From contig CAZXUW010000003.1 of the NCBI GenBank assembly GCA_964644355.1, positions 50,066-114,065 of the forward strand: a stretch of 64,000 bases of DNA. Reading direction: 5' to 3'. Made by a program: the position numbers and the translations under genes. This DNA is from an uncultured Bacteroides sp. (GTDB lineage: Bacteria; Bacillota; Clostridia; Christensenellales; CAG-917). Below the pieces are notes generated by a model. It searched no databases. It saw only the letters and a program-made list of their open reading frames with translations, and had not been told where the DNA came from. Position 1 is the stretch's first letter, and every line of letters begins with the position of its first letter. Positions 53,980 through 63,998 of the stretch are shown here, one piece after another.

Positions 53980-54438
53980 TTATTTTTTGAGATTTACCAA
54001 AGTTTCGATTTCATCAAGCAAAGTGTTGATATCCTTAAATTGACGGTGTACGGATGCATAGCGCACGTAGGCAACCTCGTCAATGGCTTTGAGCCCTTCC
54101 ATGACATAATCGCCAAGCTCGGTAGAAGAAATCTCTTGATCGAGAGAGTTCATAACTCTGCGTTGAACGTCGGCAACAAGACGATCGATGGATGCCATTG
54201 AAATTGGACGTTTTTCACAAGCTTTCATGATGCCGATCTTGATTTTGGCAATGTCAAATGCTTGACGAGAACCATCCTTTTTGATGACCATAATCGGCGT
54301 GGACTCAACCGTCTCATAAGTTGTGAAACGTTTGCCACAGCTGACGCATTCTCTACGTCTGCGAATGGAGGTGCCGTCCTCATTTTGTCTTGAATCGATA
54401 ACCTTGCTATCCAAGCATCCACAATAAATGCACTTCAT
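53980..54438 (-). CDS. nrdR: transcriptional repressor NrdR
   Basis: MKCIYCGCLDSKVIDSR..RRRRECVSCGKRFTT (zinc ribbon) plus an ATP-cone. The start is ATG 54438, not 54519. Confidence 0.93.
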   Translation of the reverse strand: MKCIYCGCLDSKVIDSRQNEDGTSIRRRRECVSCGKRFTTYETVESTPIMVIKKDGSRQAFDIAKIKIGIMKACEKRPISMASIDRLVADVQRRVMNSLDQEISSTELGDYVMEGLKAIDEVAYVRYASVHRQFKDINTLLDEIETLVNLKK

Positions 54439-54618
54439 AAAAATACCTCGACAATTTATGAGTTTATTATACAATGTTTCCGACAAATTGTAAATGTTTA
54501 TGACAAAAAAATACAACATTTAGTGGTAAAAAAAATCAAAAGACCACAATTTGACATGATTTTCGGCATTTTCGACAATTGTATGGCATATTTTTTTGAA
54601 AGGTGAATAGGATTTATT

Positions 54619-54918
54619 ATGAATTCTAGACAATACTCATTTTTGGAATTGTCCAAAAAAACCGTAGTCAATGTCGCAGACGGCAAGGAATTGGGCAAAA
54701 CGTGTGACGTAATTTTCACAAATTGCGGTGGTGTATGCGGATTTAGCGTGCCCGGCAAAAAAAGCTTGCTCAAAACCATAACAAGTGCGGAAAGCATTTT
54801 TATACCGTGGAATCGCATAATCAAGATAGGTGCAGACATTATCTTGGTGGAACTTGTTGGAAACTATGCCTGCACCTTGCAAGAGGATGAATCCGCTCAA
54901 CCGCAAAAAGAGTTGTAG
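54619..54918 (+). CDS. ylmC: YlmC/YmxH-family sporulation protein (PRC barrel)
   Basis: 99-aa ORF with the motifs VVNVADGKELGKTCDVIF and IPWNRIIKIGADIILV, and an AAAGGTGA RBS. Confidence 0.8.
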   Translation: MNSRQYSFLELSKKTVVNVADGKELGKTCDVIFTNCGGVCGFSVPGKKSLLKTITSAESIFIPWNRIIKIGADIILVELVGNYACTLQEDESAQPQKEL

Positions 54919-54966
54919 TGCCCTCTTTGAAAGCAATTTGACTCTACCACACTTGCGATTGCAACC

Positions 54967-55737
54967 TTATATCATACCCTGCTTGATTTTGCTCAAAGCC
55001 GACTTCTCAAGCCTTGAAACCTGTGCTTGAGATATGCCGACAAGCTTGCTGATTTCCACCTGCGTTTTGCCGTCAAAATACCTAAAACGTATCACCTGCA
55101 TTTCTCTTTCCGGCACGTCCTTCAACGCCTCGTACAAAGCAATTTTTTCCGTCCAATTCTCGCTGTTTTCCTTTTGGTCGGCAAGTTGATCCACTAGCTC
55201 TATCCCCTCGTCACTGTCATTGTACACTTGCTCGTAAAAAGATACGGGATCGCTGACGGCATCAAGCGCGCACGCAACCTCACAAAGCGGAACACCTATC
55301 TCCTCGGCAATTTCGAGCATTGTGGGATCGTTGGCGTTTGCCTTGAGCATCTCCTCTCTCGTCTTTAATGCTTTGTATGCCGTATCTCGCATACTTCTGG
55401 GCACTTTGATCGTTGTTCTATCACGTATTGCACGGCGGATTTCGCCAAGTATCATAGGCACAGCATACGTTGAAAATCTAACGTTCAGCGTAACGTCAAA
55501 GTTTTCAAGGGCTTTCAAAAGTCCAACCATACCCACTTGAAACAAATCGTCAGCACTCTCCTGCGATTTTGAAAATCTGCCCACACAGGACAAAACAAGA
55601 CGCATATTTGCTCGCAAAAACAAATCTCTTGCATCGCTATCACCTCTCTTTATGCGTTTTATAAGCTCGTCGCACTCGCTTGAAGTTAGCTTTGGAAGTG
55701 ATGAGGTGTCTATACCGCAAATATCAACTTTTCCCAT
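54967..55737 (-). CDS. sigG: sporulation sigma factor G
   Basis: 256-aa sigma-70-family ORF directly downstream of sigE, with the motif FSTYAVPMILGEIRR. Confidence 0.92.
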   Translation of the reverse strand: MGKVDICGIDTSSLPKLTSSECDELIKRIKRGDSDARDLFLRANMRLVLSCVGRFSKSQESADDLFQVGMVGLLKALENFDVTLNVRFSTYAVPMILGEIRRAIRDRTTIKVPRSMRDTAYKALKTREEMLKANANDPTMLEIAEEIGVPLCEVACALDAVSDPVSFYEQVYNDSDEGIELVDQLADQKENSENWTEKIALYEALKDVPEREMQVIRFRYFDGKTQVEISKLVGISQAQVSRLEKSALSKIKQGMI

Positions 55738-55819
55738 AAATAAAAGTCTCCTTATAGATATGTAAAGAGACTTATATTTTTTATAAAATAAAGCAAAATC
55801 GATATTCTAACGTACTAAA

Positions 55820-56533
55820 TCAACTTGATTTGAGCATATCACGCTTCATATTGTCAACAATCTTTTTCTCAAGACGAGATATGTACGACTGCGATATTCC
55901 CATCAAATCGGCAATTTCTTTTTGCGTCATTTCATCCTGCCCGTACAATCCAAATCTCAACTGCAATATCTGCTTTTCTCTTTGCGGAAGTTTGTCAAAG
56001 ATATTACGCAAAATCTGTTTCTCGTCGGATGCCTCAACGTCATTGTACACGCTGTCCGTATCAGTGCCGATGACATCGCAAAGAAAGAGAGTGTTGCCCT
56101 CCCAATCAACGTTTAGCGGTTCATCAAGAGATACTTCCGCCCTAGTCTTGTTGGTCTTTCGCAAATGCATCAAGATTTCATTTTCAATGCACCTAGATGC
56201 AAATGTTGCAAGCTTAATATTCTTGTCGGGATTGTAACCGCCAACCGCCTTTATAAGCCCGATTGTGCCGATGGACACAAGGTCATCCATATCTATACCG
56301 GTGTTGTCAAATCGTTTTGCGATGTACACAACAAGTCGCAAATTGTGTTCGATCAAACTCAATCTGGCATCCTCGTCACCATCAAGAACTCTTTGAACAA
56401 CCTCGGCTTCTTCGCTTGGTGTAAAAGGAGATGGCAGAGAGTTGCCTTGAGATATGTAATGCACAAAATTGTCTTGCTTGACGTGAAGAAATGCAAGCAG
56501 TTTTTCAAAGATGCTTCTAATCAATCCTTTCAT
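55820..56533 (-). CDS. sigE: sporulation sigma factor E (pro-sigma E)
   Basis: 237-aa ORF. HNLRLVVYIAKRFDNTGI and ISQSYISRLEKK closely parallel B. subtilis SigE. An N-terminal pro-peptide is present and the gene follows spoIIGA. Confidence 0.93.
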   Translation of the reverse strand: MKGLIRSIFEKLLAFLHVKQDNFVHYISQGNSLPSPFTPSEEAEVVQRVLDGDEDARLSLIEHNLRLVVYIAKRFDNTGIDMDDLVSIGTIGLIKAVGGYNPDKNIKLATFASRCIENEILMHLRKTNKTRAEVSLDEPLNVDWEGNTLFLCDVIGTDTDSVYNDVEASDEKQILRNIFDKLPQREKQILQLRFGLYGQDEMTQKEIADLMGISQSYISRLEKKIVDNMKRDMLKSS

Positions 56534-56623
56534 ATATTTTCTCCATAATCCACACTTTTATGTATATAATTTTCGAGCATCTAAAATTTGATTAGAATAC
56601 TGATAATTATCATTTTTATCCAT

Positions 56624-57385
56624 TTAGAATAGCGAATTTTGCAGAATAATGTCGTATTCCGCAAATTCACTCTTGCTTATTGCACAAAGTGCCTGCTTTT
56701 TGACTCCGTCAACGTATAGCGCATCCACTCTAAAAAGTGGCATACACTCCTCTCCGGCGACCGTCTGCACGCATACGCTCCCCTCTCTCTTGACACCATC
56801 AAACGAGCTTGAAACGCCCTTTGAAAGTATAACGACAGGAAGTCCGCTGAAGTTGTCAACAAGCATATTTCCGCTGTCACAAAAGCCTTTGAGGCAACAC
56901 TTTTTGTCACCTATTACAATCTCCACTTGTTTGAGAAGCATTTTTCCTCTCGCCTTTCTTACACAAAGCATATGTACAACAATAATACATACACTCACCC
57001 CCAGTGCAACCAATCCTAGCGTTGCGTATGAGTTTAGGTCAATGCCAAGTGCAAAGCTCAATCCGTGCACAATTCCGCCGACAAAGTACGTGAGGAGACA
57101 AAAAACTGCAAGGTTGCATAGAAAACTTGCAAGCTTACGTTTTGCTCCTTTGCCATCAATCCTCAACGCAATGATTGCCATGATAGGTGCAAGCAGAATT
57201 TTGACGACTATCTGCACCCACTCGGGTGATATTGCATAAAAGACAGCAACCACCGCACCGACAAGAGATGCAATTAGTGCCTTTGCAAACGTCAGGCGTC
57301 TATTGCGTAAAGCTTGCGTGGCAATGCACAAGGCAAAGTCCACGGCAAAGTTATTGAAAAGAACAAGCTCCACGTACACCGTCAC
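56624..57385 (-). CDS. spoIIGA: sigma-E processing peptidase SpoIIGA
   Basis: 253-aa ORF with 5 N-terminal TM segments and the Asp-protease-like motif GFCDSGN. It starts at GTG with no clear RBS, so the start is uncertain. Confidence 0.85.
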   Translation of the reverse strand: MTVYVELVLFNNFAVDFALCIATQALRNRRLTFAKALIASLVGAVVAVFYAISPEWVQIVVKILLAPIMAIIALRIDGKGAKRKLASFLCNLAVFCLLTYFVGGIVHGLSFALGIDLNSYATLGLVALGVSVCIIVVHMLCVRKARGKMLLKQVEIVIGDKKCCLKGFCDSGNMLVDNFSGLPVVILSKGVSSSFDGVKREGSVCVQTVAGEECMPLFRVDALYVDGVKKQALCAISKSEFAEYDIILQNSLF

Positions 57386-57440
57386 GAGAGAATGATATAT
57401 CCAACCGCTTGCAAAATCTTTCCTTTTAAGTCACAAGAGA

Positions 57441-57473
57441 AAAGAAAAAAGCCACTTGAAATAAGTGACTTTT
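57441..57473 (-). terminator. intrinsic terminator after ftsZ
   Basis: On the minus strand: AAAAGTCACTT-ATTTC-AAGTGGCTTTT (one G:U pair) followed by TTCTTTT. Confidence 0.75.
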
Positions 57474-57541
57474 TGGGATGTTGATATTAAGTTTCAGTTC
57501 AAATCAAATATGCAAAATATGTGATTAGAATATCGGTTTTG

Positions 57542-58951
57542 TCAATTTCTGTCATTCTTCAAACGGCGAAGGAATGCAGGAACTTGTTTCTTTGTGACGT
57601 CAATTCTTGATGATTGAACAGAGTCTGCAACAGGTTGCGGTGCGGGAGCAGGTTGAACAACAGGTTGTTGCACCGGTTCTTGCGGTGCCGGACGTGACTG
57701 ATTAAACACAGGACGATTTGCAAAAATGTCTTGGTTGTAAATCGGAGCATCCTCTTTTGGCTCCTCTGCTTGCTCCTCGCTTTGCGGTGCACTCTGATTG
57801 AATGCCATAGCAAAGGATCTTTGTGACGGTTGCGGAGCAGAGCTTCTCGCAGGAGCGGTGTTTCTATCCACAAAACCCGTTGCGATAATTGTGATCTCGA
57901 TGTCCTTCTTGTCGGGAACAAATGCCGTGCCGAAGATGATATTTGCACTTGGATCGACAACTTGTTTGACGATGTCGCAAGCTTCGGTGACTTCACTAAG
58001 AAGCATATCGTCACCGCCTGAAATGTTGACGATGATGCCTGTTGCGCCCTCGATATCTGTCTCAAGAAGCGGGCTGAACACTGCACCACGAACGGCGTCG
58101 ATAACTCTCTTTTCGCCCTTGCCATAGCCAATACCCATGTGGGCAAGACCTTTGTTGGAAAGGATTGTGCGAACGTCTGCAAAGTCGAGGTTGATAAGCT
58201 CCGGACTTGCGATAACGTCGCTCACGCCCTGAACGCCTTGGCGCAAAACGTCGTCTGCGATCTCAAAAGCACGCTTGAATGAGATGTTTTTGTCAAGAAC
58301 TTCGATGAGCTTTTGGTTGGGGATAACAAGCAATGTATCCACAAAATTCTTGAGGTTCTTGATGCCTTCTTCAGCATTTCTCATGCGTTGTGCACCCTCA
58401 AAGTTGAATGGTTTTGTGACAACAGCAACTGTCAAGATGCCCATTGACTTTGCAATCTCTGCAATGACAGGTGCGGCACCTGTGCCTGTGCCACCGCCCA
58501 TACCTGCGGTGATGAAAAGAAGGTCAATGCCTTTGAGTGCACACTTGATGCGTTCACGAGATTCCTCTGCAGCTTTTCTGCCGATTTCAGGATCAGAACC
58601 AGCACCAAGACCGCCGGTCATATTTTGACCGAGTTGAATCTTGCAATGCGGAGGCACAAGTGACATGTTGAGTGCTTGAAGGTCTGTGTTCATAACAACA
58701 AAAGTTGCACTCTTGATTTCTGCACGCATCATGTTGTTGACAGCATTGTTTCCGCCACCGCCAACGCCGACTACGACGATATTTGCCTTGCCGGGTATCT
58801 TTTTGGACACAGGTTGATAACTCTCGCACTCTTCCTCATCGGGAATGTAGCTGACAACCTCGTCTTGAGCTTCTGTCTCCTCTTGAACCTCTTGGGGCAT
58901 ATCTTCAGTCTCCTCGGAAGGAGTCCAGCCAAATTTTTCAAAATCTATCAT
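57542..58951 (-). CDS. ftsZ: cell division protein FtsZ with an acidic N-terminal extension of about 55 aa
   Basis: 469-aa ORF with the motifs GVGGGGNNAV and GGGTGTGAAP and a long Q/P-rich C-terminal linker. The start overlaps the ftsA stop (ATGA). Confidence 0.97.
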   Translation of the reverse strand: MIDFEKFGWTPSEETEDMPQEVQEETEAQDEVVSYIPDEEECESYQPVSKKIPGKANIVVVGVGGGGNNAVNNMMRAEIKSATFVVMNTDLQALNMSLVPPHCKIQLGQNMTGGLGAGSDPEIGRKAAEESRERIKCALKGIDLLFITAGMGGGTGTGAAPVIAEIAKSMGILTVAVVTKPFNFEGAQRMRNAEEGIKNLKNFVDTLLVIPNQKLIEVLDKNISFKRAFEIADDVLRQGVQGVSDVIASPELINLDFADVRTILSNKGLAHMGIGYGKGEKRVIDAVRGAVFSPLLETDIEGATGIIVNISGGDDMLLSEVTEACDIVKQVVDPSANIIFGTAFVPDKKDIEITIIATGFVDRNTAPARSSAPQPSQRSFAMAFNQSAPQSEEQAEEPKEDAPIYNQDIFANRPVFNQSRPAPQEPVQQPVVQPAPAPQPVADSVQSSRIDVTKKQVPAFLRRLKNDRN

Positions 58952-60117
58952 TTTTTACCTCCGTTGAATATCTTTTTTATAAACACTCCAAAGTCAAAGC
59001 GAGAAAGATTGTCAGCCATCAAAAGCAAGGATGCCTTGGAGCTGTCGTCCGGCTTCACAAAACCGGGAAGCTTTGGAGTGATGATTTCTATGTTTTTGCC
59101 GAGCTGTTCGCTCAAATATTTTTTTGCACCACGCATAGGTGCGACGCCCTCTCCCGTGAGATAAATGGGCATATATGACGGTGCGTCCTCCTCAAGCTCT
59201 TTGAGAACGTCGGAGATTATCTCTGCAAATACGTCAAGTCTGTTTTTGGCAATCTCGCAAGCATCGGATGCGTAAACGGCATTTTCGCCATCACTCACAA
59301 GCACAGCCTCGTCACTGTAGTTGAGATTGAGATCCACAAGACGTTTTGCCTCCTCAGCCATTTCAAACGGAACGTCAAGAGCCTCGAATATGTCCGCACA
59401 GATGTGTGCTCCGCCCATCGAGAAGGACTTCATATCCAAAATACCCTCTCCCTTTGCAATGCTGATGGATGATGAAAGATAACCGATGTCGATGAGCATG
59501 TATACACTGTCTCTTTGCTCTTTTTCAAGAAGCCCCATGCACTCTGCCCAACAACCGGCAACGTATCTTACGTCCGTAAATCCCAAAGAGGATGCAATCT
59601 TGTCAAACATGTTGACAAAGCTCTTTTCGCAAAGCATATAGCTGACGCAACCTTCAACGGATGAGGCATACATATCTCTCACGTCAGTGTAAATCTTGTC
59701 ACTGTCGTCAATACTGAAATAAATTGCAGAAGTGTTGATTGTGACAAACTTGTCACTGTCAAAATCGTCTCCCTTCTTAAGGAGATATGCGATGTCACCG
59801 TCGATGACTCTCCTCTCTCTGTCAAGACGGATTGAAACTTCTTTTGCAACCACCGTAACAAACTCGGCTGGCACGCCGATAAAAAGCCTCTTTGTGCGAG
59901 AGCCGGCACTCTTCATCGCATCCAACAAAACGGATTTTGCAATATCCATGGTTTCATCCTTGTCAAACCACTCTCCGTTTTCATATCCTTGATGCTGTTT
60001 TTCGGCAATAGACTTTATGCCAAAAACACTCTGTGCCCTTTTGGAGCCAACTATTGCACTGGCTTGGCGTGAAGTTATATTCAAAACTGCGATGTCTTTT
60101 GTGAAAATAGAACTCAT
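58948..60117 (-). CDS. ftsA: cell division protein FtsA (divergent actin-like ATPase)
   Basis: 389 aa from ATG 60117 (GAGGAG RBS). The motifs DIGYLSSSISI, FSMGGAHI and LTGEG resemble actin-fold phosphate and adenosine motifs. It lies upstream of ftsZ. Confidence 0.78.
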   Translation of the reverse strand: MSSIFTKDIAVLNITSRQASAIVGSKRAQSVFGIKSIAEKQHQGYENGEWFDKDETMDIAKSVLLDAMKSAGSRTKRLFIGVPAEFVTVVAKEVSIRLDRERRVIDGDIAYLLKKGDDFDSDKFVTINTSAIYFSIDDSDKIYTDVRDMYASSVEGCVSYMLCEKSFVNMFDKIASSLGFTDVRYVAGCWAECMGLLEKEQRDSVYMLIDIGYLSSSISIAKGEGILDMKSFSMGGAHICADIFEALDVPFEMAEEAKRLVDLNLNYSDEAVLVSDGENAVYASDACEIAKNRLDVFAEIISDVLKELEEDAPSYMPIYLTGEGVAPMRGAKKYLSEQLGKNIEIITPKLPGFVKPDDSSKASLLLMADNLSRFDFGVFIKKIFNGGKK

Positions 60118-60265
60118 ATTCTCCTCAACACGCACGAGTGCGTTACATATATATAATTATATTATATATAAAATACTTATCGTGTCAATGGATTTTTATA
60201 AAAAAAATTTCCAAAAGTGACATTTTTTATCAAAACGCACACTTCATCCGTTATTTTTGCATCCT

Positions 60266-61540
60266 TCATCCCCTTTTGCGTATAACATAGCCGCCAAGCG
60301 AGCAAAAAATATCCTCTATTTTCTCATATCCTCTGTCAATAAACTCGCTTCCAAAAACACGACTCTCACCTCTTATTTTCAATCCCGCCAAAATAAGCCC
60401 GGCTCCCCCACGCAAATCGCTTGCGTACATATCCGTGCCGTGCATGATATACGGACGTTGTGCACTCATACAGCCAACCACGTTTGCAACGCTATTGTCC
60501 ACCATGATTTTTCCGCCTGCTTTTTTAAGCTCATACGCATGTGCAAACCTTTGCTCAAAAACCGTTTCATTGATATGGCATACGCCATCGGAAAAACACG
60601 CAAGACTCATAAGTGGTGCTTGCAAGTCTGTTGGGAAAAGCGGATACGGTGCGGATATTACGTCAAACGCTTTCACCTTGCCTGTGGAAAAAACGTGCAC
60701 TCCGCCCTCGTCCGAGCATATCTTGCAATGCTTTGAAGATAGCACGTCCACCACCGCTCCCAAGTGATTTTTGTTGATGCCCTCAATCTCAACATTTCCG
60801 CCACACAGGGCAACCGCACACATAATGGTGCCGGCAACTATTCTGTCTCCTATGGGCGTGATTCTTGCTCCGTAAAGTTTGTCCACTCCCTCTATTTGCA
60901 TAACTGACGTTCCGTCTCCGTGTATGCGCGCACCCATCGCACGCAACCCGTCCGCAAGCGAGCAAATCTCAGGCTCTCTTGCACAGTTGACAAGCGTGGT
61001 TTTCCCCTTTGCCAAAGAGGCACACATCATAAGATTTTCCGTTGCTCCAACGCTTGGATATCTCATAAGTATTTTCTCACCGTGAAGGCTTGTTGCGTGG
61101 CAGTTGAGACGTTGTCCGTCACATTCTATTGTGGCTCCCATTGCTCTAAGTCCGTCAATATGAATATCAAGCGGTCTTGCTCCTATCGCACAACCGCCCG
61201 GCAGTGGCATGGACACCTCACCCACAGTCGAAAGCAAAGCACCCAGCATAAACATAGACGATCGCATACTTTTGAAATACTTTGCCTCATCGCACGCACG
61301 CATCGCCTGCCCACGCACGCATATACTACGCCCCTCACGCGTGACGCACACGCCCATGCTTTTGAGCAAGTCCAACATATTGTCAACGTCGGATATGTAT
61401 GGACAATTGTCTATCGTCACGTCATCCTCGCTCATAATTCCCATAGCAAGCAAGGGCAAAACGGCATTCTTGGCACCTCGCACCTCATACCTGCCACAAA
61501 GTTGATTTCCGCCCTTGACAAAAAAATACTCTCTCATCAT
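60266..61540 (-). CDS. murA: UDP-N-acetylglucosamine 1-carboxyvinyltransferase
   Basis: 424-aa ORF with the motifs GAKNAVLP and the active-site loop GGCAIGARPLD. Confidence 0.95.
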   Translation of the reverse strand: MMREYFFVKGGNQLCGRYEVRGAKNAVLPLLAMGIMSEDDVTIDNCPYISDVDNMLDLLKSMGVCVTREGRSICVRGQAMRACDEAKYFKSMRSSMFMLGALLSTVGEVSMPLPGGCAIGARPLDIHIDGLRAMGATIECDGQRLNCHATSLHGEKILMRYPSVGATENLMMCASLAKGKTTLVNCAREPEICSLADGLRAMGARIHGDGTSVMQIEGVDKLYGARITPIGDRIVAGTIMCAVALCGGNVEIEGINKNHLGAVVDVLSSKHCKICSDEGGVHVFSTGKVKAFDVISAPYPLFPTDLQAPLMSLACFSDGVCHINETVFEQRFAHAYELKKAGGKIMVDNSVANVVGCMSAQRPYIMHGTDMYASDLRGGAGLILAGLKIRGESRVFGSEFIDRGYEKIEDIFCSLGGYVIRKRG

Positions 61541-62712
61541 ACCACCTCTTTCAAATCACTCACCCCAATGTACCTTACGCCTTGCTTATTTATGCCGTTG
61601 AGCACACCGATTGCCCCCATATACGCCACAAGCGAACTTCCTCCCGCACTCACAAAAGGCAACGGAAGCCCGGTGGGCGGAATCGCTCCGCATACGACCG
61701 CCATATTCAACAGTGCTTGCACCGTTGTGATTGCAGTTATGCCAACAGCCAAATAGCAGGAAAATCTATCTCTTGCAATCTTTGCAATCTTGATGCCCTT
61801 AATCAAAATTATGCAAAACAGAACCATAATGACAAGCACACCCAAAAGCCCTGTTTCTTCACCTATGATGGACAGGATAAAATCGCTTTCCGCAAATGGC
61901 AAAAATAAATATTTTTGACGCGAATTGAAAATGCCCACTCCAAACAATCCGCCACTGCCAAGTGCATAATATGACTGAATAAGCTGATAACCCTCATCAA
62001 GCGGTGACTGCCAAGGATCTAAAAATGCGAGCAGACGTTGAAGTCTATACGGCTCTATGAGAATAAGCACGATAGCTCCGGCAAGGACCGGTAGCACAAG
62101 CAAGGCTATATGCAAAAGTTTGCTTCCGCTTGCATATAGCATGACAAACAAGACCGCCACAACACACATGGTGATCGACATATTCGGCTCGAGCATAATC
62201 AGCACACACACCGCACCGCCAATCAAGAGCACGATAATAACGTTGCCAAACTTTTTCATATCCGCTTTGCTTGCAAAGCGTGCAATGAACGCCACCATAA
62301 AAAACTTGGCATATTCGGATGGCTGAATTGTGAAAACACCGAGGTTAAGCCACCTCTTTGCTCCATAGCTTTCAACTCCGATGACGGGGATAAACACCGC
62401 TCCCAGCAGAATGAGTGCCACAACGTACAAAATCGGCGAAATTTTTTCAATGCTTGCTATATTGACGTTTGAGAGCATTATCATCGCAAAAAGCCCAATC
62501 ACCAACGCCAGTGATTGAGTTTTCACATAGTGAAAAGCATCCCCACTCTCAAGTCGTGCGCTATAGCTTGATGCGGAATATATAAACAGCAATCCCAACA
62601 AAGACAAGCAAAGTGCCGTTGCAATCAAGCCGACGTCACTCTTGCCCTTGCCGAGGATAAGCGTGTTGCGATCATCCCCTCCGCCTTGAAATATCCCCCT
62701 TGTGTATCTCAT
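61537..62712 (-). CDS. ftsW: SEDS-family peptidoglycan polymerase FtsW/SpoVE
   Basis: 391-aa ORF with 10 TM segments and the motif LPLPFVSAGGSS. Confidence 0.9.
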   Translation of the reverse strand: MRYTRGIFQGGGDDRNTLILGKGKSDVGLIATALCLSLLGLLFIYSASSYSARLESGDAFHYVKTQSLALVIGLFAMIMLSNVNIASIEKISPILYVVALILLGAVFIPVIGVESYGAKRWLNLGVFTIQPSEYAKFFMVAFIARFASKADMKKFGNVIIVLLIGGAVCVLIMLEPNMSITMCVVAVLFVMLYASGSKLLHIALLVLPVLAGAIVLILIEPYRLQRLLAFLDPWQSPLDEGYQLIQSYYALGSGGLFGVGIFNSRQKYLFLPFAESDFILSIIGEETGLLGVLVIMVLFCIILIKGIKIAKIARDRFSCYLAVGITAITTVQALLNMAVVCGAIPPTGLPLPFVSAGGSSLVAYMGAIGVLNGINKQGVRYIGVSDLKEVV

Positions 62713-63998
62713 ATTTCTCTTGCGATTTTTGCAATTTCCTCATCAAAGCGTTTGCCTCTGTCCTCAAAATTCTTGTATAAGTCAAAGCTCTTGCTCGCAG
62801 GTGAAAAAAGTATACTTTCGCACTTCAAATCCTTTGCAATTTCAAAGGCTTTTTTGACTGCAGACTCAAGTGTTTGTTCAATTCTTACATCATGCGAATG
62901 TCTTTGCGCACAATCTTTTATTATGAGTGCATTCTCACCTTGTGCGACAATCCCCTTTACGTTGATTGGCATATTCACAAAAAGGGTGTCAAAGCACTCG
63001 TCTGCAAGCATACCGCCCAGCATAAGCACACAATCCCCCACCGCATTGCAACAGGAAAGGCATGCGGATACGTTTGTTGATTTTGAATCGTTGTAGACAT
63101 ATATCCCCTTGACGATACGCACAAGTTGTCTGCGATATTTCGGTCTTGCAAAGTCCGTGATTGCCGATGCGATGTTGAAAGCTGATACCCCCTTGAGCAT
63201 ACACACGCACACGCACGCAAGCACGTTGTCAAGCTCGTCACCTTTGAAATCTATATCCTCGAGAGCTACGATAGGCGTTCCCCTGAAGCACACAAAGCCG
63301 GATGAGATGTACGCGCCGTCCGTGACAATTCTCTCCTTTGAAAAAGGCACCTTTTGAGATATTGCATCTTCAATTGCAGAGCAAACGAGAGCATCATCGG
63401 CATTGTACACGATATAATCTCCCTCTCCTTGGTGCAAAAAGATATTGCTCTTTGCATGCACGTAGCCCTCGATCCCCTTATGCCTTGCCAAGTGGTCGGG
63501 TTTTATATTGAGCAAAACGGCAATATCCGGCGAGAAAGTCGAACAGTTTTCAAGCTGAAAACTGCTTGCTTCTATCACGCAAGTTTCTGTTGCATCCAGC
63601 TTGTCTGCTATGTAGGAAAAGGGCGTTCCAATATTGCCAACGGCATGGGAACGTAGCCCTGCTCTTTTCAGCACGTGATCAACAAGCAAGGTGGTTGTTG
63701 TCTTGCCATTTGTGCCGGTTATTGCAATCTGCTCGGCAGTGCACACTCTTGATGCAAGCTCAAGCTCACTGATGACAAGCACGTTTTCAAGCCTGGCGGA
63801 AAGCAGAAATTCTTGGTCGGGATTGACACCCGGACTTAAGATAATCATATCCGCACCGTCAAACACGCCTTTGCTCGATGTTGCCCTTTTGACTTTAGGA
63901 TTGTCATCGTAAACAATGGCTTTTGCACCTTTCTCTCTACAAAGTTCATATGCGGAAATTCCGCTCACTCCTGCCCCATACACAACAACGTTTTTCAA
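62709..63998 (-). CDS. murD: UDP-N-acetylmuramoylalanine--D-glutamate ligase
   Basis: GAGVSGISA Rossmann-type N-terminus and the ITGTNGKTTT P-loop. The annotated start is a TTG 3 nt from the window edge, so the true start may lie outside the window. Confidence 0.9.
   Translation of the reverse strand: MKNVVVYGAGVSGISAYELCREKGAKAIVYDDNPKVKRATSSKGVFDGADMIILSPGVNPDQEFLLSARLENVLVISELELASRVCTAEQIAITGTNGKTTTTLLVDHVLKRAGLRSHAVGNIGTPFSYIADKLDATETCVIEASSFQLENCSTFSPDIAVLLNIKPDHLARHKGIEGYVHAKSNIFLHQGEGDYIVYNADDALVCSAIEDAISQKVPFSKERIVTDGAYISSGFVCFRGTPIVALEDIDFKGDELDNVLACVCVCMLKGVSAFNIASAITDFARPKYRRQLVRIVKGIYVYNDSKSTNVSACLSCCNAVGDCVLMLGGMLADECFDTLFVNMPINVKGIVAQGENALIIKDCAQRHSHDVRIEQTLESAVKKAFEIAKDLKCESILFSPASKSFDLYKNFEDRGKRFDEEIAKIAREI

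Noticed and set aside
60920-61756. A 278-aa plus-strand ORF antisense to murA/ftsW, and similar long antisense ORFs (10345-10923, 13207-13824, 17553-18113, 46679-47401, 52110-52766)
   Set aside because: All are shadow ORFs opposite well-supported conserved genes. They show no motifs and no RBSs, and they are explained by codon-usage bias.
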